Source: the human T2T-CHM13v2.0 reference genome, Homo sapiens. Taken from it: a DNA stretch of 64,000 nucleotides. The notes beneath the pieces are model-generated. The model did no database searches. It saw nothing but the letters and a program-made list of their open reading frames with translations, and was not told where the DNA came from. This document shows, piece by piece, positions 1 to 12,906 of the stretch. The position numbers and the translations under genes were made by a program. Position 1 is the stretch's first letter; each line of letters begins with the position of its first letter. The stretch is taken from assembly GCF_009914755.1 (NCBI RefSeq), contig NC_060931.1, one strand, 5' to 3'.

Positions 1-55
1 TTTATTCTGCAACATGGATTCAAGTATTTCAATATCTCAGAGAGAATGTACTCAC

Positions 56-184
56 CCACTGTAGTTTTCAGAGGAGTAGACAGTGCTGTGGGGGAGGTGG
101 GGTCCAGCACAGATCTCAGGTAAGCATTCAGTGTGAAGGAGGGACCAGGAGCGCCCATGGTTGGTAGAAAATTCCAAGCTGACA
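56..184 (-). CDS. RELN: Reelin coding exon (exon 15), 129 nt, (S)[42 protein letters not shown](G); contains a BNR/Asp-box motif
   Basis: tattag|TGTCAG...AGTGG|gtgagt. Overlaps ORF 52..255. FSTNHGRSW Asp-box of reelin repeat 1. Phase 2->2. Confidence 0.98.
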
Positions 185-945
185 CTAATAAAACCAGAAC
201 AAGCACACACAAAAGGTGGGGAGGGTAAAGATAACAAATCAAATGAAATTTTCAACTCTGGTTAAGTACATTAAACAACTGTAAAAACAGTGTAAAATTT
301 TTTAAAGATGCTGTTTCCTAAATGATTGTTTTCTCTTTCACTAAAGTCTGACCAGCTTTCAAAGGGCAATCAGTTAAATTACTGCTATAAATAAACTATG
401 TTTCAAAGACAACAAATGGTAACTTGAGTTTGTGTTCTTGAGTTTGATAGGTGGCAAGGCAATTACCATGTCTCACACTGTCACTTCATCCTGTGAATGT
501 GACACCGACAAAATTCCTAGAAAAAATATGAGCAACACTTGGGCAAGTGAAACTGAGAAGTCATAGCTCTTGACATGCTAATTGATTTCCATGCTTATTA
601 TTAGCAGGTCACCAGCCGACAGGAGGTCAAGCTTTTTTTCAGTTGCTTTTTTTTTTTTTTCTCTCTTAGCAATCTGTTGTAATGGATGGTTGCCACAGCA
701 CATGCAAACACCTCTGATACCTAAGATCAAGCTCTTAGAATGAAGCCATTCCTACTTGAAATCTATCCAATCATACCCCTCATATTAATTGAAGAACTTT
801 TCATTTGGCAAAAGTGTGTTATTTCATCAATGAGTATTTTACTTAAAATCCAGTTAAAACTCTACCTAGAAACTACCTCTTATTTAATAGCCAAATCTGC
901 AAACTCATTTTTAGTTTTGCACACTTACAAAATAGGGCTTCCTAC

Positions 946-1154
946 CTGTTACCAGGCTGATGCGTTCCACATCCCAGATTGATGGAAAACTGTATCATGT
1001 GAGACATTGTAGAAGGGAGAACAGGCAAGACATGGAAAAAGTCTACAGCCCAGACATTCCTATTATGTCCTTGATGGTTCTTTTGCCTGAGACAAAATTT
1101 GGTAGCAGGAGTCTGAAGTTCAGGATTGATGACCACAGAAACCAAAGACGGAAC
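946..1154 (-). CDS. RELN: Reelin coding exon (exon 14), 209 nt, [69 protein letters not shown](S)
   Basis: tttgaaag|GTTCCG...GTAACAG|gtagga. Overlaps ORF 942..1145. Phase 0->2. Confidence 0.98.
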
Positions 1155-2487
1155 CTTTCAAACAAAGGAGACCAGAATCACTCAAAATCCTTTCTAGGCT
1201 AGTCCATGTAAATTCTCCTAGATTTGACCTAATGAACGCTATGTACATAACTGCCATTTATTAAGCACCAGGACACGTCCTTTGTGTTGCATTTGTTATT
1301 TCATGAAGAAGATGCTATCCTCAAGGAGCATTCGATTTAGTGACTCAGAATTCTTCCTGTGCACGAGGTGGGGGTCTCTGCGTGTGTTTGATCAGGCTCT
1401 CCCTAACTGAAGATAAACTGATATAAGGTCTTTAAGAGTTATCTAAGCATGTGTATCCATTTTATTTAATTAGCACAAGACAAAGGCAACTTGACATTTA
1501 TACTTTATCATCAGTCCTCTTTGAAAGTGGATTGGTATCAAGCTAAGGGCTTTCCAAACTAGTATTGTGAAAATAGGACAGAAACAACCAGAGCCAATGA
1601 GTCAATGCATTATAACTCACAAAGCTGATTTGATATGAGGCATGAAGATGACCACGGCAGGTATAGTTCTACCTTGCCACTGCTGGAAATATCGTCTTTT
1701 ATGAAATCCCAAATGGTATAACTTGGGTTACCCTTGCATGTGGAATGTGCTGGATATTCACTCTGGTTGTTTCCCATTCTAACCTTGATGTTTGTTTTGT
1801 CTTTCTAACTTAAACCCTGAAATGCTAGATGTTAGCTGCATTTAAGCTTTTAAAAGTACTTAGGGTACCATCAGTGCAAAGAAAAGACTAACTAATAATG
1901 AGTATGTGGGTGTGGCCTCAGCACAAACAAATCTACTTTTACAAAAAATAATTTTACACTTTATGACGAGTATCTCACATAATTTTGAAGATGCTTGCAA
2001 ATAACCAGAGCTAACACCTGTTCTATATGCAAAGGGTAAAGAAAAAAGGCCAACCTCAATCGGTAGCTCTAGTTAGCAAAGAAAAAAGCAAAGATAACCT
2101 GTGCTTCTACAGTGTCTTCTACCCAGGAGATCTCAAAATGCTGGACAAATACTCATTATGACTGACAGCAAGTGCATGAGGGGGCATAATTAGAGTTACA
2201 TTTAGGGCTTTCTTGGGGACAAGAATAACTGTCAGAGTATTGGGTTCTGCCTCACTGTCTGATGGACTGTAATTCACTCTTCCTTCCTGATAACTCATTT
2301 TTCATTTGTATTAGGAAAAAATATGAAGGTTAAAATGTCTATTTCACTTTTAAAGAAACCTGGCGACCTCTGGCCTGTCAGAACAGGGATGTATCTTCTG
2401 CATCTGGAGTGGTCTTTGTGGTTTTGACTTGGGCTTGTCCAGGGTGGTCTGAGGTGGTCTATTTGCCACACAGACTGGCATGTGTAC

Positions 2488-2600
2488 CTTATATGAGGAA
2501 TAGGAAAGGGTATCCAGTGTTATATGCTCTTTTCTTCCTTCAATTTTTGCATACAGGATTATGTCATTTTCATGAGAATTTCCAGGGTCACAAATTCCTC
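2488..2600 (-). CDS. RELN: Reelin coding exon (exon 13), 113 nt, (G)[37 protein letters not shown]
   Basis: gtgcag|GAGGAA...TATAAG|gtacac. Overlaps ORF 2350..2658. Phase 1->0. Confidence 0.98.
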
Positions 2601-3377
2601 CTGCACAAAACAAAAATTTTAAGTTGCTAGTACCAACTAGCATCCATAAACATATCAAATATAGTGTTAAATTTCAGAATGAAAAATCATTATAGTACCC
2701 AGATGTCACTTAAGAATAACCCTAAACAAAGGTAAACAGACTCAAGGAAATAATTTATAACGATAGTTCAAGTAGGCCATGCTAAAGATCAAAGACTTGA
2801 CATTTGTGAAGGCCAAAGTAGCTATTTGCTTCATGAGATTACTCAAATAATTGTCTACTTTGAGCAGCAACTACACGTCCATGTTCTAACCCACATTAAA
2901 AAGATGTGTTCTGCTTTTTAATAAACTGTTATTTCCTTAATTTGAGGTTTTTATGACCAAAGTTCAGAACCTGTTGGTTATGGTTTTAAAACAAGGGTGA
3001 TGACTTCCTGCATCAAGGAATTCTGAAGTAGTGTTAGTCAAACTGTTGCACATAGTATCTTTAATATTTTAGCATATTATTTGTACTTTAAATGCAATTT
3101 GTTTTACATTTTTCATTTTTATATTTGGTACCTCATTTGATTGTTAGAAGGTACATAGAGTATTTTATTCTCTATTACTCTACTTTATAGTCATGGAAAA
3201 CAATATGCCATTGAAGCTGAAGAGCAATTAAGATCATCTTGATGATGGTACTGAATGACAGAGCAGGTACTTGAAGCTAAGATCATGTAACTAACTAGTG
3301 GAAGAGCCAGGGGTACATGTATGTCTTCTAACCTATTATTTTCATAACTGCATTCCATCAATAATTCTTTTTAAAAT

Positions 3378-3507
3378 ATTTTATTTTGTAGAGACGGGGT
3401 CTCCCTATGTTGCACAGGCTGGTCTTGAACTCCTGGGCTCAAGCAATCCTCCTACCTTTGTCTTCTAAAGCATTAAGACTGTAGGCATGAGCCACCACGC
3501 CTAGTCC
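3378..3507 (-). mobile_element. Alu monomer (FLAM-like)
   Basis: gagacggggtctccctatgttgcacaggctggtcttgaactcctgggctcaagc...gagccaccacgcc; a single left-type arm only. Confidence 0.85.
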
Positions 3508-5259
3508 CAGTCAACAATTCTTGCTACTGTTTGCTTCTATTAACTGTCTGTATAACCTGAATATTAAAGGATGACATGTCTAACTAGAAGCCTCTCTTAA
3601 GCCACCATTATCCTTCATAATAGTACCAACCAAAACAGCTGGGACTATGGGCATGTATATGTATTTCCTGGCAAATATTCTATCCCTAAGTCCCCATATT
3701 TATAACACTAACTTCTTTTTCTTTTATTACTGTCTTTCTAAAATTCCTTCAGTTCCTAAATCAACCACCATCAGTGTTAATTTTTATCTACAGGCAATTG
3801 CTGTTGCTAATACTCTCTGGTGACAGTAAAACAACATCAACATTCTAGAATAAAACTACCCTCTGAGAGTTAATCTAGTAAAATACACAAATAATGGCTG
3901 AGACTTAGCATTTGATATTAAATAAACTAAGAAGAAAGTGTCAATTGTTTGTAAATGCCTGGGTCAAACTCGACCTGAGTAATTGGGTCTGATCTTGGGG
4001 AGAAATGACTGATATGTGATATTAAGCGGGAAAGCTAGAACTGAATTAGTACAATAAACTTCATGAACAATAGAAGGAATATTAGACAAAAGTAGATATC
4101 AGAGGGCAAGACTTTCATAGGATGTCCATACACTGGGTAGGAATAGAGAAGTCCTTAATGACCAAGGCAAATCTTGAGGATTCATTTGCAAAATGTGTCC
4201 CACAGTGGAACAGGATGCATCAGGCTATCATAGTTCTGGAACCGCTGCCATTAAAATTACTGGGTGATATATATCTTTTTTGATCCCATAAACATTGATT
4301 ATTCCCTCATGCTTAGCAGTTAAATTTCCATAGTCTATTGATGAGAATTATGATTTGTTCATAAGCCTCCTCTGAGCTTAGAGCATGAGTCAGTCTCCAA
4401 TTTGTCAGCTCTGGAGTAATTAAGAAAACTCATTTTCTGAATCTATAAACCTGAGACCTGTACAGTTGACTGCAGTAACCTCATTAAGGTCACCTATGAG
4501 GCCCATTCTGATTGGCCAGGTGTCTTCTCTATATGACACATCTTATTTCATCTCCCGCAATGCAACAACTTTTGATGACCTAAATTAATAATTTAAATAA
4601 CAGATGATTTATATTTGGCTTTGAAAATACACTATTGGAATTATGTTGTGCAAATATTCCTAACTAAATTGTCCTAGGTGAATTCTAAAATTATTTGGCA
4701 TATCTGAGTATACATCAGTTGGAAGCAACCCAGGAAGTTGGCTTGATGGCAGAAAAGCTAGTGTCTGACTTGAAAACTAAGCCCTTTAAGACAAACTGGA
4801 GACAGCTGTAGGAATCTGGGGGTGAGCCTGTTACTAGAGTTTCTAGCTGAGCCAGGGAAGGAGAGAGTTTAGCACACATTCTCACCCCATTGGTGTGCTC
4901 CTAGAACAGCTCAGTTTATGGGATAGCAGTGAGTTACAGGGTGAAGCCATGGTCTGAAAGGTTTTACAGGTAGATCAAATTTTCTAGCTCATGACACACT
5001 GTTTTTATGTTTGAGTCATTTGTGAGAAAATCGCCCAATAATTTTGTTTATTCCCAAGGAAATTTGTGGGTTTTTGTTTTGACAAAGAGTTGATGTTGCA
5101 AATGGTGGTTGGTACTGTATGGATCAGGGTTTCTTTTGGAGCCAGACTCCTTCAGTATTATTAATAATAACATAAGGGTAAAAATGCCTACTTTTCATTA
5201 GATACTTACTATGAACCATGCACCATGTAAAATCAAGTACAAGGATTATCTCTTTTCGT

Positions 5260-5405
5260 CCCTTAACAACATTTTCAGGTATATAGATCCACTTTGCTGA
5301 TAGTGAAACAGAGGCCAAGAAAGGTTATATAATGTGCCCATAGTCCCAAAGTAAAGCATGTCTTTAATGTTATTCTGTTTGACTTCAAACCTTTACTACC
5401 ACTCA
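5260..5405 (-). mobile_element. MIR fragment
   Basis: ccactttgctgatagtgaaacagaggcc...ggtta resembles the reverse-complemented MIR core. Confidence 0.6.
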
Positions 5406-6854
5406 ATAGGTAAGTCTTGGAGGATGGTTTTTGCAAAGCATTGAAATCTGGCATGCTACACATGTTAGGCACATGTAATTTGGCATATAATAAATATTTA
5501 CTGGATTAGGTAATTTGAACTGAGAATGGAGAAGTCAAGTATGGTGACAATGTATATCTCATCCTAATAATGTTTACTGTTCAACAACCTGTGGAGAAAA
5601 ATCTTATGATTTTGACATTTATATCATATATTCAAGCATTTCCTTACATGCTTCAGTGTTATGATAAATACAGCTACTAAAGCCATTGTAATTGATGGTC
5701 TCTGGAGAAAAAATCCACGTGAAAATGAAATTCCTAATAGAAAACAAAACTTTTAAATTGAGGATTATATATAAATACGTATATATGACAATATATACAT
5801 ATAAGGATATTTATAATTATATATTAAGGATTTACCAAAAAAGGACAAAAAAGGTGAATAATCACAGGCAGTGTGGGTTTAGTGCACCATACCTAATGAC
5901 GCAGGCACTGAACTATCAGTTTTCTCTAATTTCATTCATCTGTTTTCTGTAACTTCTCTCTGCTCTCTTAAGAACAGTTCATGAACTGCATCTGCCCTTC
6001 AGAGATAACTGAAACACACGTGAGAGCCACACCCAGCCCAGAATGGCAGAAGAAAAAAGTCCTAAAGGAGCCAAAACTTTAAAATGATGACAGATTTTAT
6101 CTGAAAGATTCTTCCGGGAGCAATTTATAGTTCTGTGAAGTGTCAATGACAGCAGCTTCTACAGGGAGATATGGAATCTTCTTCAGCTTCATAGCCTTTG
6201 GCACCTTGTGGAAAGGTGTGACTCAGAGGCATCTTGTACAGAAATTAAGGTGCAGGAAGATTTCAGTAAAAACAAACGGGGCAGTCAGTTTTAAAATATT
6301 TTAAATATTGTTTTAAGTCATTTTTAAAGAATAATAATAGGCAGTAAACTGTGTTGTGCTGCCCTAATTGCAGTAAAAATTCAGAGAAAAGGGTACAATG
6401 TGAGCTAAAAGAGCTGGGCATATAGCAGATGCCTAGTAAATATTTGTTGGAGGAACAATAAACAAATACACGAATGAGTTGATGTCTCTTAGGTTATTTT
6501 TTGTCTAATACACTGCATTCTGGTTCTAAGAACAGTGCTCTGTACTGGTCCTCAATGAATGTGTTGAATACGTCAATATATGAATAAAGAAAATAGACGT
6601 TGAACTGAACTTTGAAAGTTGAGCAAGTTTTCCAGAAATATGCTCACAGCAGACTGATGTGAACCAAGGGCAGAACATATAGTCAGGGCCTGAGAGGGAG
6701 AGACTGTGATGTAATCCAGATTAACAATCAGTCTGATTTTCCTAAGGTACTGTATTTAGTGAGGGGCTACTTATAACTATCTCATTCTAAATCTCTTTCC
6801 ATATGGCTTTATCTCCCATCAGCCAAGAAAGTTTTAAAGTGTTTTCTATAGGTC

Positions 6855-6975
6855 CAGTCCTATCCTATCTATCCTGCCCTATCGTATCCCACCATATTCC
6901 ATCCTACCATAACCTACCCTATCCTTACTCTACCCTATGCCACCCTACCCTATCCTATCCATCTATCCCATCCTA
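6855..6975. repeat. Degenerate (CCTAY)n pentamer repeat
   Basis: cctat/cctac/ccat units directly visible. Confidence 0.8.
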
Positions 6976-6989
6976 AAAACACCTTTCCT

Positions 6990-8320
6990 GGGTGCTGCTG
7001 TTCCCTCAAGATCTGGCCACCATTTCTTTTCTTCTCTCTACTGATAAAACTCTTGAAGTAGCCATCCTCCTCTTTCAGTGACACATTTTTATTTTTATTT
7101 TTAACTCCATGTATTATACTTGGGCTTTCCAGGCACCACACCATTGGGGAAACTCCCTCCAAAGTCACTGGTGGCCTCTCAGCCCTTATCCTGGTTGATC
7201 TCTCTCTCTCTCTCTCTCTGGCATTCCTTACACTGTTGATCATCTCCCTGCCATTACCCCCAAACCACTGTCTTCCTTCCTCCTGTAGGCTCCAATGACA
7301 CCTTCCACCCACCTCTGTTTATGTTCTTTCTCAGTCTCCTTTACTACTATTTTCCCCTCTACTTATACCTAGATGAGGGTTCTCCCTAAGAATTGTTTGT
7401 CTTATGCTACCTTCTGCTTGGGAGAACATAGCAGTTCTAGTGGCTCCAGTTATCACCTGCATATGGATGATTTTCGAATCTGATTCGAATTCTGAATAGA
7501 ATTTCTCCCTTCATATGGCATTCCAGAAACCTGATCTTAACATAAGCAACATCAAAATATTCTATTCCACACTTACTCTCTTATACATATATTTCTTTTC
7601 TAAATCTAGCAACCCTGCCCTAACTGATCTCTTGCCCTTTAATTTCTGATTATTTCAATCTTCCATCATACTCCTGCTAGAATTACTTTTCTAAAACACA
7701 GGTGATAATGTAATGCTGAACTAACAGGAATTTTCTGATAGCTCCACACTACCTAGAGAAAGAAAATCCAAACTCCTTAGTAGGAATTAAAGAAAACACT
7801 ATTCTGGTTCCAATTTGCTTTTCTAGTTCCATCTTACGTGCTTCCACTTATCTATATTGGGAAAATCACCCAGCCCCAAACATATGACATACCTTTATTC
7901 TTGTGCCCTTTTTTCATAATGGCTTAGCTTGGAATTCTCTTCCTTAAATTTAAATCATGCCCATCCTTCAAGGGTGAGTTCAAATGCCATCTCCTTCATG
8001 AAGCTTTACCCTAATCCCTCCACTGCAATTACAGCTTCCTCTATACTCTCATAGCATTTCATTCCATTACAGCACACTGCATTCTACCTTATAGTCAGAT
8101 GGTACTTGTGGGTGGGAACTCAGATTAATTTTTATATCAATAACAACAGAGATATACTGAGTCTAAATATTTATTTGGCAGTTTTGAGTGCTTTTCATAC
8201 ATTAACTCATTTGACCAGCAACTCTGTGATTTAGGTGACATTATTCTCCCCATTTGTATTCTCCATATATCCTGGCTTAAGGCTCTATATTCAGTAGGCA
8301 TTCCTTACTGTTTTAATTGA
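6990..8320 (+). mobile_element. L2 fragments, including (TC)n at about 7199-7218 and a MIR piece at about 8150-8270
   Basis: C/T-rich L2-type text, e.g. ccttcaagggtgagttcaaatgccatctccttcatgaagc. Boundaries approximate. Confidence 0.65.
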
Positions 8321-9770
8321 ATGAAGAGGCTTTTACTTGGGATAATGTACTTCTTTGGGCTCACTCAAATCAATTCCCCATCATAGTAATACTGTTTTAA
8401 TTCATTGATTAATAATATGCTTTGTTCCAGAAAAAATTAAAGATTAATCTTATATAAAGACAATTATATAAAGGAACTTATATAATGATGACTTAATCTC
8501 ATATAAATCACCAAATATGGTTAATTTATTATAATAAAATCAAAATATGGTATGAAATACATTGTGTCAAAAATGGGGAAAAGGGAAAAAACTTAAATTA
8601 GGCTGGCATACTAAATGTTTATTACAACTTTTTTGGAGGAGGGCTTAAGGTTTTCCAGGAATCCCTTTTGATAAAATGAGAGCCAGTTTGAATTCTAATT
8701 ATGTAAAGAAAATGAGCTCTGGGCCTTTAAATAGACAAACCAGTTCAGAGTGAAGGTGAGGTTGTCCTTAAATGTGAGACTACATTACTTTATTTTATAT
8801 GCACAATTTCTCTGTTATCAAACACATAATTATGGAAAATGAGTTAGCATCACATAGGTAATATGCTTGAGAGCATGATACAATCTGAGGTTTCCCATGC
8901 AACCCTGAGCTGTATGATTATCAAAAAGGTGAAGTGAGGAATACAAGAGAAATAAATCGTCAATGCTGAAGTTAGACTCAGGAGATCTGTTTGTCCTGAT
9001 GAACTGACATCTTTGCTAGTAAGTTCAAAGGTAGACAGTGTTTATTTCCTGTTTCACTTCCAGATATTGCCTGTGCTTTTCCAGTCACTCAACAAAGAAG
9101 GCATGTGACACCTACTCACATTTCTGGAATGACATCAGTGAGAGAATATGTAACTGTGGCTCTTGTTGACTAAAAGGATTAACTTTGGAGGTCACAAAGT
9201 TCAACCTTCTAACTCCTTTTTGGGTAATTTTCCAACTATCTTTATTTGCTCTACAATACTTTGAAGAAAACTATAACTTATGAACACATGTTTTTCTTAA
9301 TGTGTTTGCAAACATATTAGAAAATAGAGAGTATTATTAAAGTATTAACCTAAATTTCTCAGCTTCCTACTACAAAAGAGTTATGCAATGATGAGATATT
9401 CATGAAAACAAAGGCTCACCTTGATGACTATTTTTGGGGGGAAGCTGGGAAAAAGAAATCGCTTTGTTTTAGCTTATCTCTCATTGTCTTTTCAGCTATG
9501 ACCATGGAGGGAGAGGTGGAAGGAAGGTATTATGGCATTTCTTCTTCAGGCCTCATCATGGCAAGCCATGACTAGATCTCTTTAGGTTGGCTCCAGCGGG
9601 GCTGGCCTGAAACACGGGGGAGTACCACAGGCTTCTGCTCTGTCTGGAGAGCTCACGTTTCATGAATTTTCATTTTACGTAGTTGACAACAAACAATCTT
9701 ACTTCCTCAGGAATAGGTGCTGGCCTAGGATTTGCCCCACGGTGAACAAAGTTTGTGAAAATGTACTTAC

Positions 9771-9922
9771 CCATCACAAAGTAAAACCTCAGGTTCCCAT
9801 AACCGGTAGTGTCCATGGATGGAGTGCATAATTTCCTCTCTCCATCTTTGAGGAAGACCATTGATAAGCCTGATTCTATCGTTCCACATTCTGTACCAAT
9901 GACAGCTCCCAAGACATCCCAT
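9771..9922 (-). CDS. RELN: Reelin coding exon (exon 12), 152 nt, (G)[50 protein letters not shown](G)
   Basis: ttttag|ATGGGATG...GTGATGG|gtaagt. Overlaps ORF 9670..9912. Phase 2->1. Confidence 0.98.
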
Positions 9923-10454
9923 CTAAAAAAAAAGGGGGATTAAGAGTTAGAGTTAGAATATTAAGCCAAATCTTTATAAAGAATAACATTTAGTTTTTAG
10001 TGAGGGACACTTACTTACTTAGTAATGAATAATTCTGAAATAAAGATATGGCACTTTATTTAGGCAATGATTAAACTTTAAACACAAATTTTAGGTAGTG
10101 AATACACTTTAAACACATTACATTCACAGTTATAGTTTTCCTGTAGAGGGATGAATTTAATCAATCTTGTATACGGTGTGTCTACTTGTGATCAGAGCCA
10201 TGCTCCAGACTGAGATACTTTTCATTGTTTAAGTACTTATAGTTGAGTTGGGAAATCAATGAACTAAGGAAACAGTGAATTATAAAAGACAGACTCATAA
10301 TATAAATACTTGTATGATGTTTTACCTATTGAAAATAGTAATAAAATGAAAAGTCATAAGAATTGGCAAAAGTCTAGCAAGTTTTCAAAAAGGAGATGGG
10401 ATTTAAACTGGGTCTCATCAAACAGGTAATTGGATATGTAGAAGAGAATAAAAA

Positions 10455-10685
10455 TAGCTGGCTTTTATTGAGTGCTAACTACCTGGCCAGATCCTTTTCT
10501 AGGGCCTTTACACATTAAAGTCATTTAATTCTCACAGTGACCCTATGAGGTAGTCACCATTACTACCCCAATTTTAGATGAAGAAACTGAGATGAAGAGA
10601 GGTTAAGAATGACTAGCAAAGGAAGAGGACAGTATTCAAAGCCATGCAGTGTGACTCCAGAGCCTATGCTCTTACCACAGTTGCA
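10455..10685 (-). mobile_element. MIR, near full length
   Basis: tttattgagtgc...ccctatgaggtag...ccaattttagatgaagaaactgag...gaggttaag...tgactccagagcc. Confidence 0.85.
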
Positions 10686-10734
10686 TAATGTGTTGACGAA
10701 ATCACATGACTATAGGCTAAGAAATGGGAATGAC

Positions 10735-11040
10735 CAGCAGGCATGGTGGCTCACACATGTAATCCTAGTACTTTGGGAAGCCGGGGTGGGCGGATCACGA
10801 GGTCAGGAGATTGAGACCATCCTGGCTAACAGGGTGAAACCCCATCTCTACTAAAAATACAAAAAAATTAGCTTGGTGTGGTGGTGCATGGCTGTAGTCC
10901 CAGCTACTCGGGAGGCTGAGGCTGGAGAATGGTGTGAACCCAGGAGGCAAAGGTTGCAGTGAGCCAGCTGAGATTGCACCACTGCACTCCAGCCTGGGTG
11001 ACACAGCGAGACTCTGTCACAAAAAAAAAAAAAAAAAAAA
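10735..11040 (+). mobile_element. Alu (AluY-like), antisense to RELN
   Basis: Dimeric Alu with gatcacgaggtcaggagattgagaccatcctggctaac and ggagaatggtgtgaacc, plus an A20 tail. Degenerate TSD aagaaatgggaatgac / aagaaacgggtgac. Confidence 0.97.
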
Positions 11041-11189
11041 GAAACGGGTGACACTATTAACAGTGCAGAAATCAATAGACCTTGGTGGAGGATGTGTGTT
11101 AGGGGAGAGTAAAAAATACATTTGAATAGTACAGTGGAACAAATCCATGGAGAGTTTGGAAAGAGGGGAGTTCAGACTCTATTTAGTAG

Positions 11190-11760
11190 ACACTCAGTGA
11201 TATTTCTAAACTGCATACATGATTACATCTCTCCTTTGTTTAAAGTCTTTCAGGGGCTCCCCCATTGCTATCTGGACAAATTCCAAGTTCCTTAATGCAG
11301 AACATGCAGTCCTTCTTGGCCTGGCCCAAGAACATTTCTAGCACAATCTCTCGCCTTGTACCATGTCTCTTCTGCCTTGTACCCAAACTCTTTTGCCATA
11401 CAATGTGAATTCAAAGTCACTAAAACATTCTCTGTCAGCCCTCTGAATCTTAACTTTTTGTCTATCAAACAAACTCAGGGTCATTCTTTAAGATGTCCTT
11501 GAAATATCAAACACCTTTCTGTACAGTCTTTCCCAAACTTCCTGGCTCCTCCTACCCAGCCCCACCACTCCATCTCAGACTGTTAGATTCTTCCTTTGTG
11601 ATCTAATTTCTCCCAGTACACTGCCATTGTTTCTTTACATGCCTTTCTTTATTCCTGATATGTCAGCTCCTAAGACAGGATCTGCGTCTTATTTTTGTGT
11701 CCTGAGACCCTAGCACAGTGTTCAACGCCCAGCAGATCCTCAATAATTCTTGTTGAGCGA
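11190..11760 (+). mobile_element. L2 3' fragment
   Basis: Ends cctagcacagtgttcaac...caataattcttgttga, an L2 3' terminus. Confidence 0.7.
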
Positions 11761-12713
11761 TGGCGGGATTAAGGGATTCCATCTTCAGAAAATAAATGAA
11801 ACCTGTAGAGTTTCCTGACTGTATCCTGTCCTCACTTTCCTCTGCTTTCTCTAGTCACATCCTTGCCCTGTCCTCTGAGACAATTCATGCCATTAGCACA
11901 AATTGGCACAAACTGGAAAGCAGCCTTTTCAATTGGCACATTGGGAAGCACCCTCTTCTTCTCCCGACCACACGTCAGGCAGGTCTGACCACCACTTCCA
12001 CTCAAAGTCCCCTTGTACTTGTACTTAATGCCTACTGCTACTATTGCTGCCAGGCTTAGGCTTTGGTACTGAATCAACTTACAGTCATAGCTCTGATGGT
12101 TCAGCCTCCTCTTCCCCTTAGATATTTGCTACACCATCTGCCTGTCTAGATCCAAGCCCTGCAATGACCACCTGGTCTTTAGCTTCTCTGTTGGCCTAGG
12201 TTCTAGGCACACACTTTAAATGCCCAAAATATTCAGAGAGGTTTTCAGGTTTAGATCTCTTTTAAAGATTCGCAGGCCTAAATGGATGGTCTTATATAGA
12301 GGACTGGCCTCTATGGCCCCAGGTGCCTGTTCCCTTACTCATACTCTTTCTCTACCCTTGCTACCAGTCTGTCCGATTCCTTTTCCCTCACCTTTTCAAG
12401 GCGGACCCATCTGTTGCTACCCAAGTCCCGGTTGTGTCAGTGAGAAGTGAAAACAAAGCAGAAGGTCAAAGACAGCTCCATGGTTAGGGGAACACGTATT
12501 TATAGCACACCACATTCAAGAGGACTCTGAAGCTAGTCAAACAAAAACCTTCCAATACATGTTGGCTATAACAGAAGTCATAAACTGGTGTTTGGGGGAA
12601 TGACCATAAACTTTTGATAGACATTTAGGTCATTTCTATCTTTTTTGTTATTATTAACAATGCTATATAAAAGGTCCTTGTGTGTTTACATATGCATGTG
12701 GGAATTTCCCCAT

Positions 12714-12906
12714 CAGCCTTTCTTAACTGGTGTCTGTGAGAGAAATGAGTCCTAATGCCCCAAGGCACCCATTATATTAGTGAATTGCTTTTTCTCCTTT
12801 GTCTCTAGAATCACAGGTGCACCAGCTTTAGGAGAATTGAGGGCATAGCCAGATCATTTTCTGTGTTCTGGGGTTATCACGAAGGAATCTCTGCTGAGAA
12901 AGGCTG
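12714..12906. mobile_element. hAT-Charlie-type MITE (193 bp)
   Basis: Terminal inverted repeats cagcctttct...agaaaggctg that split contiguous L1 sequence. Confidence 0.75.

Noticed and set aside
960-1202. Plus-strand ORF antisense to exon 14 (likewise 2409..2630 over exon 13)
   Set aside because: Antisense shadows of real coding exons, with no independent support.
2597-2603. NAGNAG (cagGAG) at the exon 13 acceptor
   Set aside because: Distal GAG acceptors are rarely used.
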